Assembly: GCF_008831285.2 (NCBI RefSeq)
Contig: NC_045138.2
Span: forward strand, 7,750,001-7,814,000
DNA length: 64,000 bases
From: Nymphaea colorata
Lineage: Eukaryota
Direction of reading: 5' to 3'
The notes beneath the pieces are model-generated. The model was not told the origin of the DNA. It did not search any database and saw only the letters and a list, made by a program, of their open reading frames with translations. A program made the translations under genes and the position numbers. Below, piece by piece: positions 25,491-37,379 of this stretch. Each line of letters begins with the position of its first letter. Within the stretch, counting starts at the first letter, position 1.

Positions 25491-26575
25491 TGTGAACACC
25501 TAAAATTTTTGCAAGTCCAAATGACACTTTTACCCTTCACCATGAGATTTTCAAATTGATTTTTAAAAACCAAATTTCAAGAACAAAGAGCACTTCTAAG
25601 TCAGACAAACACTTTTTACACAATCATTGACCACCTAGACCCAGACACCTATGTTGTCTAAGCTAAAATTTACCATTTGCCAATGTATCCTGGCATCTTA
25701 AGCGGGAAAGAAGAGATTGTTCACAAAAATTTTGAGAACTGCCTAACATTTAAGCAATTAGGATATTTTCTCAACTTTTCATGACTCTAGGACTCACCAA
25801 AGTCAGCTCACCAAGGTTATTCCAGTCTTAATCTAACTCTCCTGTAGCTCAAATCATCTCTCGGAACTCAAAACTATTATCATTAGCTCAACCAAGTCAA
25901 AACAAGTTTACCTTAATTAAGAAAAAGTTTTATTTCACTTATTTTGAGTCACTCAGCCTAAGTTTCAGTCTTATACTAACTTGCAAGTTTCCACTAGGTC
26001 TTTCTCTCTTCGATTTTTGGGGGTTTGTGTTGAATTTGAGCTTAACCCAAAAAAGTGAGCTGAAACCAAGCTAGGATCATGTTTATCAAAAATCAAACTT
26101 CCTTTAGTTCGGTTTGAGTTCATTCATTTCGGTTTGAATTCAATTCAGTTTGAGTGTGTTCATTCTCCTGTTTTTAAAGGTTTGAACTGAATTTTAGCTC
26201 GACCCTAAAGAGTAAGCTAAAACTGAACTAAGACCATTCTTTATCGTCTATAAATCAAGCTTCCTTTAGTTCAATTTTAGTTCATTCGTTTGAGTTCGAT
26301 TCAATTCTGAGTGTTTTCACTCTCATGTTTTAAAGGATTTGTGTTGAATTTGATCTCAATTCGATAAAGTGAGATAAAAACCAAGCCAAGGTCATGTTTG
26401 TCATGTATAAATCAAGCTTCCTTTAGTTTGGTTTGAGTTCATTCATTCTGATGTCAGTTCTGAGTGTTTTCTTTGAGCTGAATTTGAGTTCAAATTGATA
26501 AAGTGAATTAAAACCAAGTGGTCATTATGTTTATCATATGTAAATCAATGCTGTCTTAGTTGGTTTTGAGTTCCG
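25491..26575 (+). mobile_element. Truncated Ogre/Tat-like LTR fragment
   Basis: Starts TGTGAACACCTAAAATTTTT, similar to the LTR start TGTTAACACCCCAAATTTTTT at 46222; the right boundary is uncertain. Confidence 0.45.
26022..26575 (+). repeat. Tandem array of about 157-bp units (~3.7 copies)
   Basis: Units start near 26022, 26179, 26336 and 26470, sharing TTTG..TGAATTT.A, AAATCAAGCTTCCTTTAGTT and TTGAGTTCATTC. Confidence 0.85.
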
Positions 26576-26589
26576 TATCAAACCTACTA

Positions 26590-29290
26590 GAGGATCCCTC
26601 CAAAATTTTATTAGAATGCCTCAAGCAAAATAACACTATACATAAGTATACAAAAAAAAAATTGTAGATTAGGACACCACAAGTAAAATAGCCTTACAAA
26701 TCAACCATGAAGGAGAAGGGAGAGAGTATCCAAGTTTGGATTCTCTCTCATGATGTGAAAAATGTGCACAATATGCTGCATACTAGACAAAACACTGTCT
26801 AGCCTCGCCCTTCCTTCTTGACAATCTTTCAGCCACACTAGGCAATATTAGAGAAGTTAAGTTGACGCATCATACTGCTGAGAATATCAGACTCTAGAGT
26901 GGGCACCTTATGCAACAACAAAAAGAGTGGCGGGTGGGCATCTTCTACAACAGCCACCAACTGAGTTCCACCAATTGCCACTGAGGCTATTTGAATGTGC
27001 ATTTATGTTGCTCCTAAAGTAATTCTCTGACCCAAAAACATTCTGGTCTTGGTCCAGCAAAACATATCATTTAGCTCCCTTTGCTTCATGAGAAGAAAAA
27101 CCTGGAAGCTCTTAAAACAGATATACCAAATCTATTAACACAATCTCACAAATGATCTACTGTGAGAGCCAAGAATCAGTGCATTTGTGCACTTCCGAAT
27201 GCCCCACACCATACTATGGAAAACATACTTGCCAACATTCCATTTTCCACTCATGCTTAAAATTATAGTTGAACCACCTCTTCAACTCAGTTATAATGTT
27301 GGTCCCTTTTACATATTTCTTTTGAAATTTCTTGGCAATAATCTTCCAAACCCTACAAGCTAAATGGCTCTCAAAGAGAAGGTGCTGCAAAATATTCCTC
27401 TGCCTTGTAGCATATACAACACTAGTTAGCAATTTGCAGACCTTTCCTTTTTTCAGAGATCCAAAGTTGGAAGCCTACCTTTGAAAGCTACATAAGTAAA
27501 CCATCTTCCTCTACTATGGGCATTCCCCCACCACATCCAGTCTTGACATTTCTCTTCTCCTCTCCAAGTTCTAATGCAATCTCATATTGCTTTAGCTGGC
27601 CAACTTCCATCCCATTAAACAACTAAACATCTTTGCTTGGACCCAGCTAAGGCATTTCTACATCCACTCTAAGGAGCATCTTTTTAAAATTTGGGTTAAG
27701 GATAATGTCAGAATCTAGCACCTGTTTAATAAAAAACTTTGAGTGCCTACCCATTAAAAAGAGCTCCTTTACATTCATGAGATTAGCAACAACTTTGCCT
27801 GCCCAATTATCATACTAGAAGTTCACCTCCCCTCCACCAATTTTCCAAGCTACTTTGTCCTTTACCAGCCTCAAGCATTTCACACACCCTTTAAAGAACC
27901 AAGAATGCTTGATGGAAGCCTTGATTTTCCAAAATCCCCTCAGCATAGCATATTTTTTGTAACAAAATGATGCCTAGAAAGTGGCCTGGGCATAGACTTT
28001 TATAGCTAACCTTGTCGCCCTTGCCCAGCTCCATTCTACAAGACTTAGAATCTCCGACTCTTCCTTCTACATATGGCCTACACAATGAATTCCATGCAAC
28101 CAAGCAATGAGGTTATTATCCTTCTTAGAACTCCTGCTCCCTCTCCTCAAAAAAGAATCATGCCATTGAAGCCCAAAACTCTTTTGGGCAGCATAAACAC
28201 AAAGCACCAGAAACCAACACCACTCTAGATAACATGCCGGACTAAACACAAGTGGCCTGCATAAGAAAGGATCACCGCTTTCCAGTCAGCAAGCCTTTTG
28301 TCTACCCTAAAAAGGGACAAGTTCATTTCATGTGCCCGCTCCCTTAGGTTCACAAAGCATGCTTCGGGACATCTTACGATCCAGAGGTAGAGTGCACCGG
28401 AATGTGACAGTGACATCTCCAAGATTTGAACATGAGTCCTTAGATCATGGAAGCCTTGATTGTGGTAAAAAAAAAAAAGGGTGTGGGGGTGTGGGGTAAG
28501 TTGCACCATTCTTCCTTGATGTTTCCTACAAACAATAGAAGACCTAAATACATTGAAAGAAGGTTGCCTAACTGCTAGCTAATCTGCTGCCTCCAAGCCG
28601 CATTGTACAATCCACTCCTCACAAGAAAGCAAAGAAGAGTGGACTTACCTTCATTCACCATAAGACCTGCTTGCTTCCACAAATATCCCAAAGAATCTTG
28701 AATTTGGGCAATGGAGTTGTTGACGTACTAAAAATGAGGACATCATCTGCAAAAGCTAGAAGAGGAAGAACTTGGCCCACTTTGGGAATGCTACGGATTC
28801 TGATTAGCCCCTGGTAGCTCTCGACTTGATATAACGAGAAAATGCCTCCATCACAAGAATGAACAAGTATGGAGGCAAAGGGTCCCCTTGGCAAAGCACT
28901 TTTTTATATCAAAATAGTCTGTCAGGACACCATTTACCATAACACCTGCCGAGGCTAAAGAAACACGTCATAATATGTGAGATCTAAAGCTCAGAGAAAC
29001 CCAGCTGACCCATTATTTTCCTTAAGAATTCCCAATCCACCTTGTCGTATGCTTTAGATAAGTCAATATTCAAGCATCAAGTCTCCTTGCACCCTTTGTG
29101 AAGTGTGTGAACAATCTCACGAACTAGGACAACCTTGTTGTATAATGACCTCCCTGAAATAAGTTGCTCATGCCCAACAATTTTTTGAAGCACTATTTCC
29201 ATTCTGTTCGCAAGAAATTTAGAAATAAACTTGTATAAGGCATTGTACAAAGCAGGAGGCAAAAATTTGTCTACTGATCTAGTAACAACT
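26590..29290 (-). pseudogene. Decayed, 5'-truncated L1-type LINE (ORF2 reverse transcriptase, zf-RVT and 3' part)
   Basis: Minus-strand motifs LYKFISKFLANRM, IDLSKAYDKVDWEFL (~29025-29070), LAFADDVLIF, RVDKRLADWK..LSYAG and VAWNSLCRPYVEG, with many stops and frameshifts; AATAAA near 26607..26612. Confidence 0.9.
28326..28497 (-). mobile_element. Possible tRNA-derived SINE inserted in the LINE
   Basis: About 170 bp interrupting LINE ORF2 between ...KEEWCN and ...FRVDKRL. AACTT flanks both sides and a pol III B-box-like GTTCAAATC lies on the minus strand. No clear A box. Confidence 0.4.
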
Positions 29291-29630
29291 TTGTCATAAG
29301 TAGATCTAACGGCTCCAATTTAGTTCTAGCTAAAACTTCCGTAGTGAAGCACAATTTTAGTTTTATAGTTTAATAGGTTCACTAGCCTTATCCATTTCAA
29401 TAATGATAGGAACTAGTTGATCTTATATATGAAAAATATGCAGGAAAAAAAATAATCAATGGACAAGACTTTTACCTAAAGAAAAAAGTAAGGGGAAAAT
29501 GTATCTAGAGTGAAGCAGGCATATCATAGATCTTCGAGGGCTCTAGTCCAAATAGGAACTGGATCCATTTCCTTAACTTCGTTGGAGTGGGAGGTGGCAT
29601 AGGGCACGAACTGAGGTTGCCACCTTTGGC

Positions 29631-29665
29631 CTATATCAAGCGATCTAGTGATATTTTAGTGGCAC

Positions 29666-29714
<49 letters not shown>

Positions 29715-29738
29715 GGATCACTAGATTGCTTGATATAG
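29631..29738. repeat. 22-bp inverted repeat enclosing a (GA)n tract
   Basis: CTATATCAAGCGATCTAGTGAT (29631..29652) vs ATCACTAGATTGCTTGATATAG (29717..29738), 21/22 complementary. Confidence 0.9.
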
Positions 29739-31160
29739 CATGGAATCAATAGAGTTGGAAACATAAGAGTAGGTCTCTCTCACAGCTCCTTTTCTTTTAT
29801 GCCAATCCTTTTGAATGTCGAAAAAATTGTCAGCCAAAATAGGTTGTAACATCATATTTGCAAGATTAAAAGATTTAGCCAATCAATAACAGCATGCATC
29901 CTATTCATAGCTTCAAATGGCAATGAAAGTAAACTCCTTCCTACCTATCACTCATTTTCCTCAAATGTATATTTTCTCGACGCAAGGTATGACAATAAAT
30001 TTACTTATAAAAGACAATTATTATGCTAAAAAAGGAACAAGTCATACAAAGTCCCAATTTTTTCAAATCTATAATTGCCTCATTTGCTATTATTTCACTT
30101 TACTTATGTTGAATCTATAATTACCATATGAAGTTGGCACTTTGGCTATAAAATGCAAATATCAAGTTCTTATTTACACAATTCATTGGTCTCTTCTTCT
30201 CATTGTATAGTATGAAGAAGTTGTTCTGAATGTCATGAAAAACTAATTTTTTTGTATGTTCTGAATTGGTGTTTCATTTATTTTTTATTTATATTTTCCT
30301 TATAGTTTGATCTTCTTATTTAATGGATGTCTAGACAAGTTTCCCTTTGCCGTCTGAATGGAGGCCAAATCTTTTTTTTTAGTTTTAGAAAAACTTGTAA
30401 ACTAGACATTTTTGTTATGTCGGTGATTGCCTCTCTTTTTATTTAAGAATTTGTGTTCCATGTACAATGATCCAAGAACGATCGTGGTCACTACTGATCT
30501 GAACAAAAAGAGCCGGTGGTGCATCCCTACTCCAAAAAGTAGACTCAAATAAGAAGGCAACCCTAACCGTTGTGCTTGCCAAAAACAGTCTGACTCTTCC
30601 TCTAGCAAATGGTGCAATTCTGGCTCCTCTTTTCTTGTCTTCTTCTTGGTAGCACATGCCCTTGCTCTATGACACCATGACTTGTAAGACACAACAGTGC
30701 ACCCAATAGTCATCCATGAGGTTATGCTGAAACTCTTCATCTAGATCTGTGACAAGGTCGATTCATCCAATCAGCGGCTTCTCTCTCTCTTTTTCTGAAT
30801 TTTTTGTGGTACGCGAACCTTGTCTTTCCAACTCCCTCTTACCCTTCCTATTTACATGCAAAAGAAAATAAAATATTCAAAGCAAGAACCTTTTGTCCTT
30901 AACGCCTGCTAGCATGAGTATATCATGTACTGGTCCAGGCCTTCTCTCCAATTGCCAAAGTTAATCTTAAGAATACCATGCAAGAAAGCATTAAAAGAAA
31001 TTTCAAGGGAGTAGACAAAATTTGGTCTTAGAGAAAGTGATTCTCATATTTAAAACATGAACTAGGCAAAGCACATGATTCATGCAGTTATATCTACTTG
31101 CAGACACCCAGTACTGCTGGATATGTGTCTTACTATCCTAGGAAAGCAGATATCAAAGTT

Positions 31161-31718
31161 CCACATAGAGAATAAATTAAGTGGGATTCCTTAGTTAAAA
31201 CTGAGATAATTTGTCACCATAATTCCAACACAACATCTCGCACTCAGCAATTTGCCACAAGAAAGCAATGGAGGGAAAGTAGAAAAAGCCATTGCCATGT
31301 CTGCAAATGGCCAACATGACTCAACAACATGAAAAAACAAGTCAAAATTAAAAAGAGAGAGAGAGGGAAAGGGACAGTCCTATTATCTAAATGGAAGTGA
31401 AGTTTGCAATCATTCCAGACTTTAGATGAGTTGGATGTGGAGTTTGCTAATGCAAAAACTTAATCAAGAATTAAAGTCCCTCACAATGGTGACAATCCTA
31501 TTATCTAAATGGGCCACTCCTCAATTTAAAGTTCCTCTCTGTTTTCTTTTCTCTGTTGTTTAATCATGTTGGCTTTTTGCAGACATGGTGATGGATTTTT
31601 CTCCTTTCCCTCCACTGTTTCTTGTGGAAAATTAATAAGAACGAGATGTTTATGTTGGAATTATGGTGACAAATTATCTCAGTTTAAACTAACAATCCCA
31701 ATTTTCTTCTCTATATGG
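31161..31718. repeat. Long foldback with arms of about 180 bp
   Basis: For example ACTGAGATAATTTGTCACCATAATTCCAACA pairs with TGTTGGAATTATGGTGACAAATTATCTCAGT, and CCATGTCTGCAAATGGCCAACATGA with TCATGTTGGCTTTTTGCAGACATGG. Confidence 0.9.
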
Positions 31719-32246
31719 CAAGGGCAAAAAGAAGACATTTCATTGTCATCTTTCAAATATAAAAACTATCAAATAAGCAAAATTTGCATGTTATGAAGGT
31801 TAGGATGACCCCAGATAAAGGCTTAATATTTCATTGAAAAATTACTATTAACTTATTAAGTATAAGAAACAAAACAAACTTTCATGACTAAGCGACTGAA
31901 GGCAAGTTTCAACATATAACTTGTACGAGATAGTGCTTTTGGAGAAAATTAACTCTAGATTCAATCTAAAAGAGTCCTAGATAGGATTTACATGAGGTGA
32001 AGGGAGCACAAGCTCGGCTACCTCGAGCTACACACTCGACTCTTATTTTGCTCAGCTCAAGCTCTAGTTAAGTATCACAATACTAGCTTGAGACTGACTC
32101 AATCGACCATGCCAGAGCTCCAGATCAGCTCATTCACCTTGTCTAACTCGTTTGGATCCTTGAGATGCTTCTATTGTAGATGGAGGCACTTCTTTCGACT
32201 GCAAAGGGAGTTGACAGCAAAAGTGGATGCCAAAGGCACTACAACA

Positions 32247-35200
32247 TGTTAGAGATAAGGTTGCCGATCCAACGTCCTTGCCAACCTTGCAACGTAAATC
32301 AAATTTTGAATTTCAAGCCAAATATAGAAGAAATGCAATTGACGCTGAAAAGAGGAAAGCAACTAATGCTCCAACGCATGAAGATACCAAAATCTGTTCC
32401 AAAGGGAAAGAAATTCATTTTGGATCTTGATAGACCAGCCTGAAATTTCTATTTAGCATTCTTTCCTCTCTAAAATTTTCAGTGGTTGTAAGAGAGGATT
32501 CCCTTTCAAAATTATAGAGAAAGGAATGACTTCATGGACGTAGGTCGAGTTTGACCGAACCACATAATTTCTTGTGTGCTCTCTCTCTTGCTCCCTCTTT
32601 GTCTCTCTCGTTTCATTCTTTTACATGATACCAGAGTCATTTCGGGAGACCCTCTGGGAGAAGCCGGCATTTTACAAGTGCCGCAACTACTCTCGCAGGA
32701 GGTAGTAAGGGCCCATTGGAATCATCTACATCTGAGGAATCTCCCTACAAAATTTTAGAATTTGTAAAGTATCTGTTGCTGAGATATCATTTTTATAAGT
32801 GCAGTGGGTTTTGAGCAATTTACCATGGCAACCGTCAATCCTCAATGGAATGCTATTGCAAACCTCGTATCTGTTAAGTTGGACGAAATCAACTACCTTC
32901 TCTGGAAATCGCAACTCTATAGTGTCATGTATAGCCAAGACTTATTGAGGTATGTTGACGGCTCTTCTACTCCTCTACCGAAAAAATTGAATGCTGATTC
33001 CACATTAATTAATCCGGAGTACATCAAATGGAAATGCTCCGACCAGCTTGCATTAAGTTGGATATTGTCAACTATTAGTGAGTCTATACTCACTCAAATT
33101 ATCTCTTATGACATGACTCGTGAAGCCTGGGTGGCCCTGGCTAATGCCCATGCATCTCATTCAAATATTCATATTCTTCAGTTAAAGAGGGATTTGCAAA
33201 ATGCCAAATAGAATGACAAAAGTATGTTAGAATATCTCAACCACGTGAGGTTTTTGGTTGATTCGCTTCGAGCTGTGAATGAAATTGTATCTGATTCAGG
33301 TCTGGTTTTGCATACTCTCAACGGTCTGTCAAGTGAGTATGAGAGTTTTATTACTACAATCACCATGTCCAAAATACTACTCACCTTTCTGGAGTTATCA
33401 AGAGCATCGACTTCAATTGCTTGCTCCTAAAATCCCTGCCCAAGTTGAGTCTTCAGCAACAACCTTTTTACTCAACGAGGAGGCTATGGTGGTCGAGGAA
33501 ACTATGGCAGTCGTGGGGCTAATAGTAGCCGAAATGGTCGTGGTGGCCGTAGCCATGGAAGGAACTCTTACCCTACTGGACGAAGCACTCCAGGGCAAAA
33601 GAATTCTGAAAATCAACAGGTTATATGTCAATTTTGTGGGTGCAGTAACGAACATACTATGACATACCAAAGGCTTTTATGGCCATGGCCTTGAATGGAG
33701 GCCGCAACAATGCCTGGTACCCTGATAGTGGTGCAACCCATCATGTGACTCATAGTGATGATTCCACGAAAGACAAAGTCAATTATCAAGGTGGAGAAGG
33801 TGTTCTTGTAGGCAATGGCACTAAGGCTCCAATTTCTCATATTGGTAACATATTTCTCAATTCAATTTCTCATTCTTTTTTGTTAAAGAATGCTATGCAT
33901 GTGCCAACAATCAGTCAAAATCTTATTTCTATCTCTCGTTTTACAAAAGACAACAATTTCTCAATAGAGTTTGATGCTAATGGATTTGTTGTTAAAGATT
34001 TACAGACAATGGCAGCTCTTCACAAAGGGAAAACTAAGGATGGTCTAAACGTACGGGCTGATGAAGACAGCAAGGAATCCAAACGTATTCTTATTGCGCA
34101 ACATTCTAAAAGTCTTCCAGCCAATCTTTGGCACCAACGGCTGGGTCACTCTCACTTGAAGACATTGAATTTGCTTAAGAAAAATAATTATGTGCCTTTG
34201 GATGATAGGAAACTTGATTTCTGCTCTAGTTGTGTTTTGGCTAAGATGCATCGACTGCCATTTGATTTCAGTTTAAGTAATAGTACTCATCATCTTCAGT
34301 TACTTCTACGGATCTTTGGGGGCCTGCCCCAACGTATTCTAGAGAAGACTACAAATATTATCTATTGATTGTGGATGATTTCTCTCGTTTTAGTTGGATT
34401 TTTCCTCTTGTTAGAAAATCTGACATTTTATCAGGCTTCCAAAATTTCAAGATGCTTGTGGAAAAACAATGGGGATATGAGATAAAAAATTTTCATAGTG
34501 ATTCTGGTGGGGAGTTTCTAAGCAATGATTTCTCAAATTTTCTCACTACAAATGTGATAAAAAGATTATTTTCTTGCCCCCACACGCCTCAACAAAATGG
34601 CATTGTGAAAAGGAAACATCGCTATGTTGTTAAAACCGGGTTAAGTATGATGATCCATGCCTCTCTCCCTCAACGTTTTTGGGTTGATTCATTTAGGACA
34701 GCAGTTCACGTCATCAACCGATTGCCTAGTCCAGAACTCAGAAATAAATTTTCATTTGAAATTGTTTTCAATGCTACCCCTCAATATGATTATTTTTGAG
34801 TTCTTGGATGTACATGCTATTCTTTTCTTGTGTCATATAGAGAGTCCAAACTCTCTCCAAAATCTAAAGCATGTGTCTTTCTTCGATATGGGACATGTCA
34901 TAAGGGATATGTTTAGATCCAATCACTAATATGGTCTTTATTAGCAGACATGTTGTTTTCAATGAGACAAGTTTCTTATTTCATGGATCTGGTTCTCCAA
35001 CCACTGAAGGGGATGTTAGAAAATGGATTTCTAATTATCTTGACATGCCTCCAGCTGAGACACAAAAAGAAAACAACTCCAAGCAAACCAGGATCTGGTT
35101 CAAATCTATCTCAATATGTATTATTACCCAGTCCTCATTCATGGGAAGAAGATCCAACTCCAACAATCATTCGTTCAGTTCTATTGATGCAAGTCCTAAT

Positions 35201-37288
35201 CGTGGGGTTCAAGAAAATGCTATTGATCAATCTCCTCATTTTCTCACCATTGAAACCTCAAGCAGGACTCATCCCATGATCACAAGGTCTCAAGATGGGA
35301 CTAGGTGACCCAAGACTTATATGGCTGCTACATCTCTAGAAGAACGAAAACCAGAAAATCTCGAGGAGGCTTTAAAAGACCAACGATGGATCGATGCCAT
35401 GCAAAGTAAAATGGATGTTCTTTAGAAAAACCAAACGTGGGACCTTGTCACACCACCTAATGGAGTTAATCTAGTCAGATGTAAGTGGGTTTTCAAAATC
35501 AAACGATGCTCAGATGGGACTATTGCTCGCTATAAGGCCAGACTTGTGGCCAAAGGTTATAGCGAGATGGAATTGATTATTTTGACACATATAGTCCAGT
35601 GATAAAACCTACCACTATACGAGCCATCCTCTCTATCGTTGTGTTCAAAAGCTGGACTATTCACCAATTGGATGTCAACAATGCCTTTCTTCATGGGATT
35701 TTAAAAGAAGAAGTTTTCATGACTCAACCATCAGCTTTTGAGAATACAACAAAACTTCATCAAGTGTGTCATCTCAAGAAAGCACTTTATGGCGTAAAGC
35801 AAGCGCCCCAGGCCTGGTTTGAAAGACTCAGAGGATATCTTCTCGAAAATGGGTTCAGGGAGTCATTAGTTGACACTTCACTCTTTGTTACAAAAACCCA
35901 AGATAAAATCATCTTTCTACTTATATATGTAGATGATATAATTATTACAAGAAATAATCCTCAGGAGATTCAAAGGATTATACACAGCTTTGGACAAACG
36001 TTTTCCATAAAAGATCTTAGAAATTTACATTTCTTCCTGCGTATTGAAGTGTCACTTCAAAAAGACAAAATTGTTCTCTCGTATGGAAAATATATTAGAG
36101 ATATTTTGAGGTGAGCAAACATGGAGAATGCAAAATCTTGTGTCACGCCTACTGCTCCAAATGTCCCTCTATCCAAACTTGATGGTGAAAAATTGGAAAA
36201 CAAAACTCAGTATCGTCAGATCGTAGGAGCACTTCAGTATGTCACTTTAACATGCCCAGATATTACTTATGCAGTTAATAAACCTTGTCAGTTCATGCAC
36301 TAGCCAACTTCAACTCACTGGACTCATGTTAAAAGAATTTTACGATATCTTAAAGGGACCATACAACATGGCTTTGAGATATCAAAATCTAATTCTTTCA
36401 CATTATCTGCCTACTCTGATGCCCATTGGGCCGGGTGCCCGAATGATCGAAGATCCACTAGTGGCTATGTTACAAAAATTGGTAACAATATCATATCATG
36501 GAAATCCACCAAACAATAGACGGTGGCAAAATCTAGCACAGAAGCAGAGTACAAGGCCATTGCAGGAGCTCTCTCTGAAGTAATATGACTAAATAACTTG
36601 ATGAAAGATATGAGAATTCAGACTGAACAAAAACCAATTTTATGGTGCGACAACATTGGAGGAACATATTTGGCGGCAAATCTAGTCTTTCATGCACAAA
36701 CAAAACATATAGAAATTGACTATTGTTTTGTCAGAGAGAAGGTGATAGACAATACGATTGAGATTAAATATGTTCAATCAGAAAAGCAATTAGTTGATAT
36801 TTTCACTAAGCTGTTACCAGGGCCAAGATTTCACTGTCTCAAAGAAATGTTAAATGTTTTGAAATGGAGGTTGGATAGAAGGGGCATGTTAGAGAGAAGG
36901 TTGCCGATCCAACATCCTTGCCAACCTTGCAACGTAAATCAAATTTTGAATTTCAAGCCAAATATAGAAGAAATGCAATTGACGCTAAAAAGAAGAAAGC
37001 AACTAATGCTCCAATGCATGAAGATGCCAAAATCTGTTCCAAAGGAAAAGAAATTCAAATTTGTAATCAAGATCCAAAATTTTTGGAACTTGATAGACCA
37101 GCCTGAAATTTCTATTTAGCATACTTTTCTCTCTAAAATTTTCTGTGGTTGTTAGAGAGGATTCCTTTTCAGAATTATAGAGAAAGGAAAGACTTTGTGG
37201 ACGTAGGTCGAGTTTGACCGAACCACGTAGTTTCTTGTGTGCTCTCTCTCTCGCTCCCTCTTTGTCTCTCTCGTTTGATTCTTTTACA
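32247..37288 (+). mobile_element. Full-length Ty1/Copia LTR retrotransposon (Ale/Retrofit-like), 5042 bp, inactivated
   Basis: LTRs 32247..32625 and 36887..37288 (TG...CA); perfect 5-bp TSD CAACA (32242..32246, 37289..37293); degenerate Met-tRNA PBS TGATACCAGAG at 32626; PPT ending GAAGGGGCA at 36886; domain order gag-PR-INT-RT-RH. Confidence 0.97.
32825..36870 (+). pseudogene. Copia gag-pol polyprotein pseudogene
   Basis: VSVKLDEINYLLWKSQ (gag), WYPDSGATHH (protease), LWHQRLGH (GAG-pre-integrase), IVDDFSRFSWIFPL..SDSGGEF..CPHTPQQNG (integrase), QLDVNNAFLHG..LLIYVDDII (RT), LWCDN..TKHIEIDY (RNase H); many stops and frameshifts. Confidence 0.95.
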
Positions 37289-37379
37289 CAACAAATAGAG
37301 CTATTGGCTAGAGCTTGTGTTGTGGGGTTCATGCATGGTCTGGGGTTGTGACATCCTAAATGGGAGATATCAATAAATG

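Noticed and set aside
30402..30740. 112-aa ORF as a host gene or Harbinger transposase
   Set aside because: No motif I can identify in any frame
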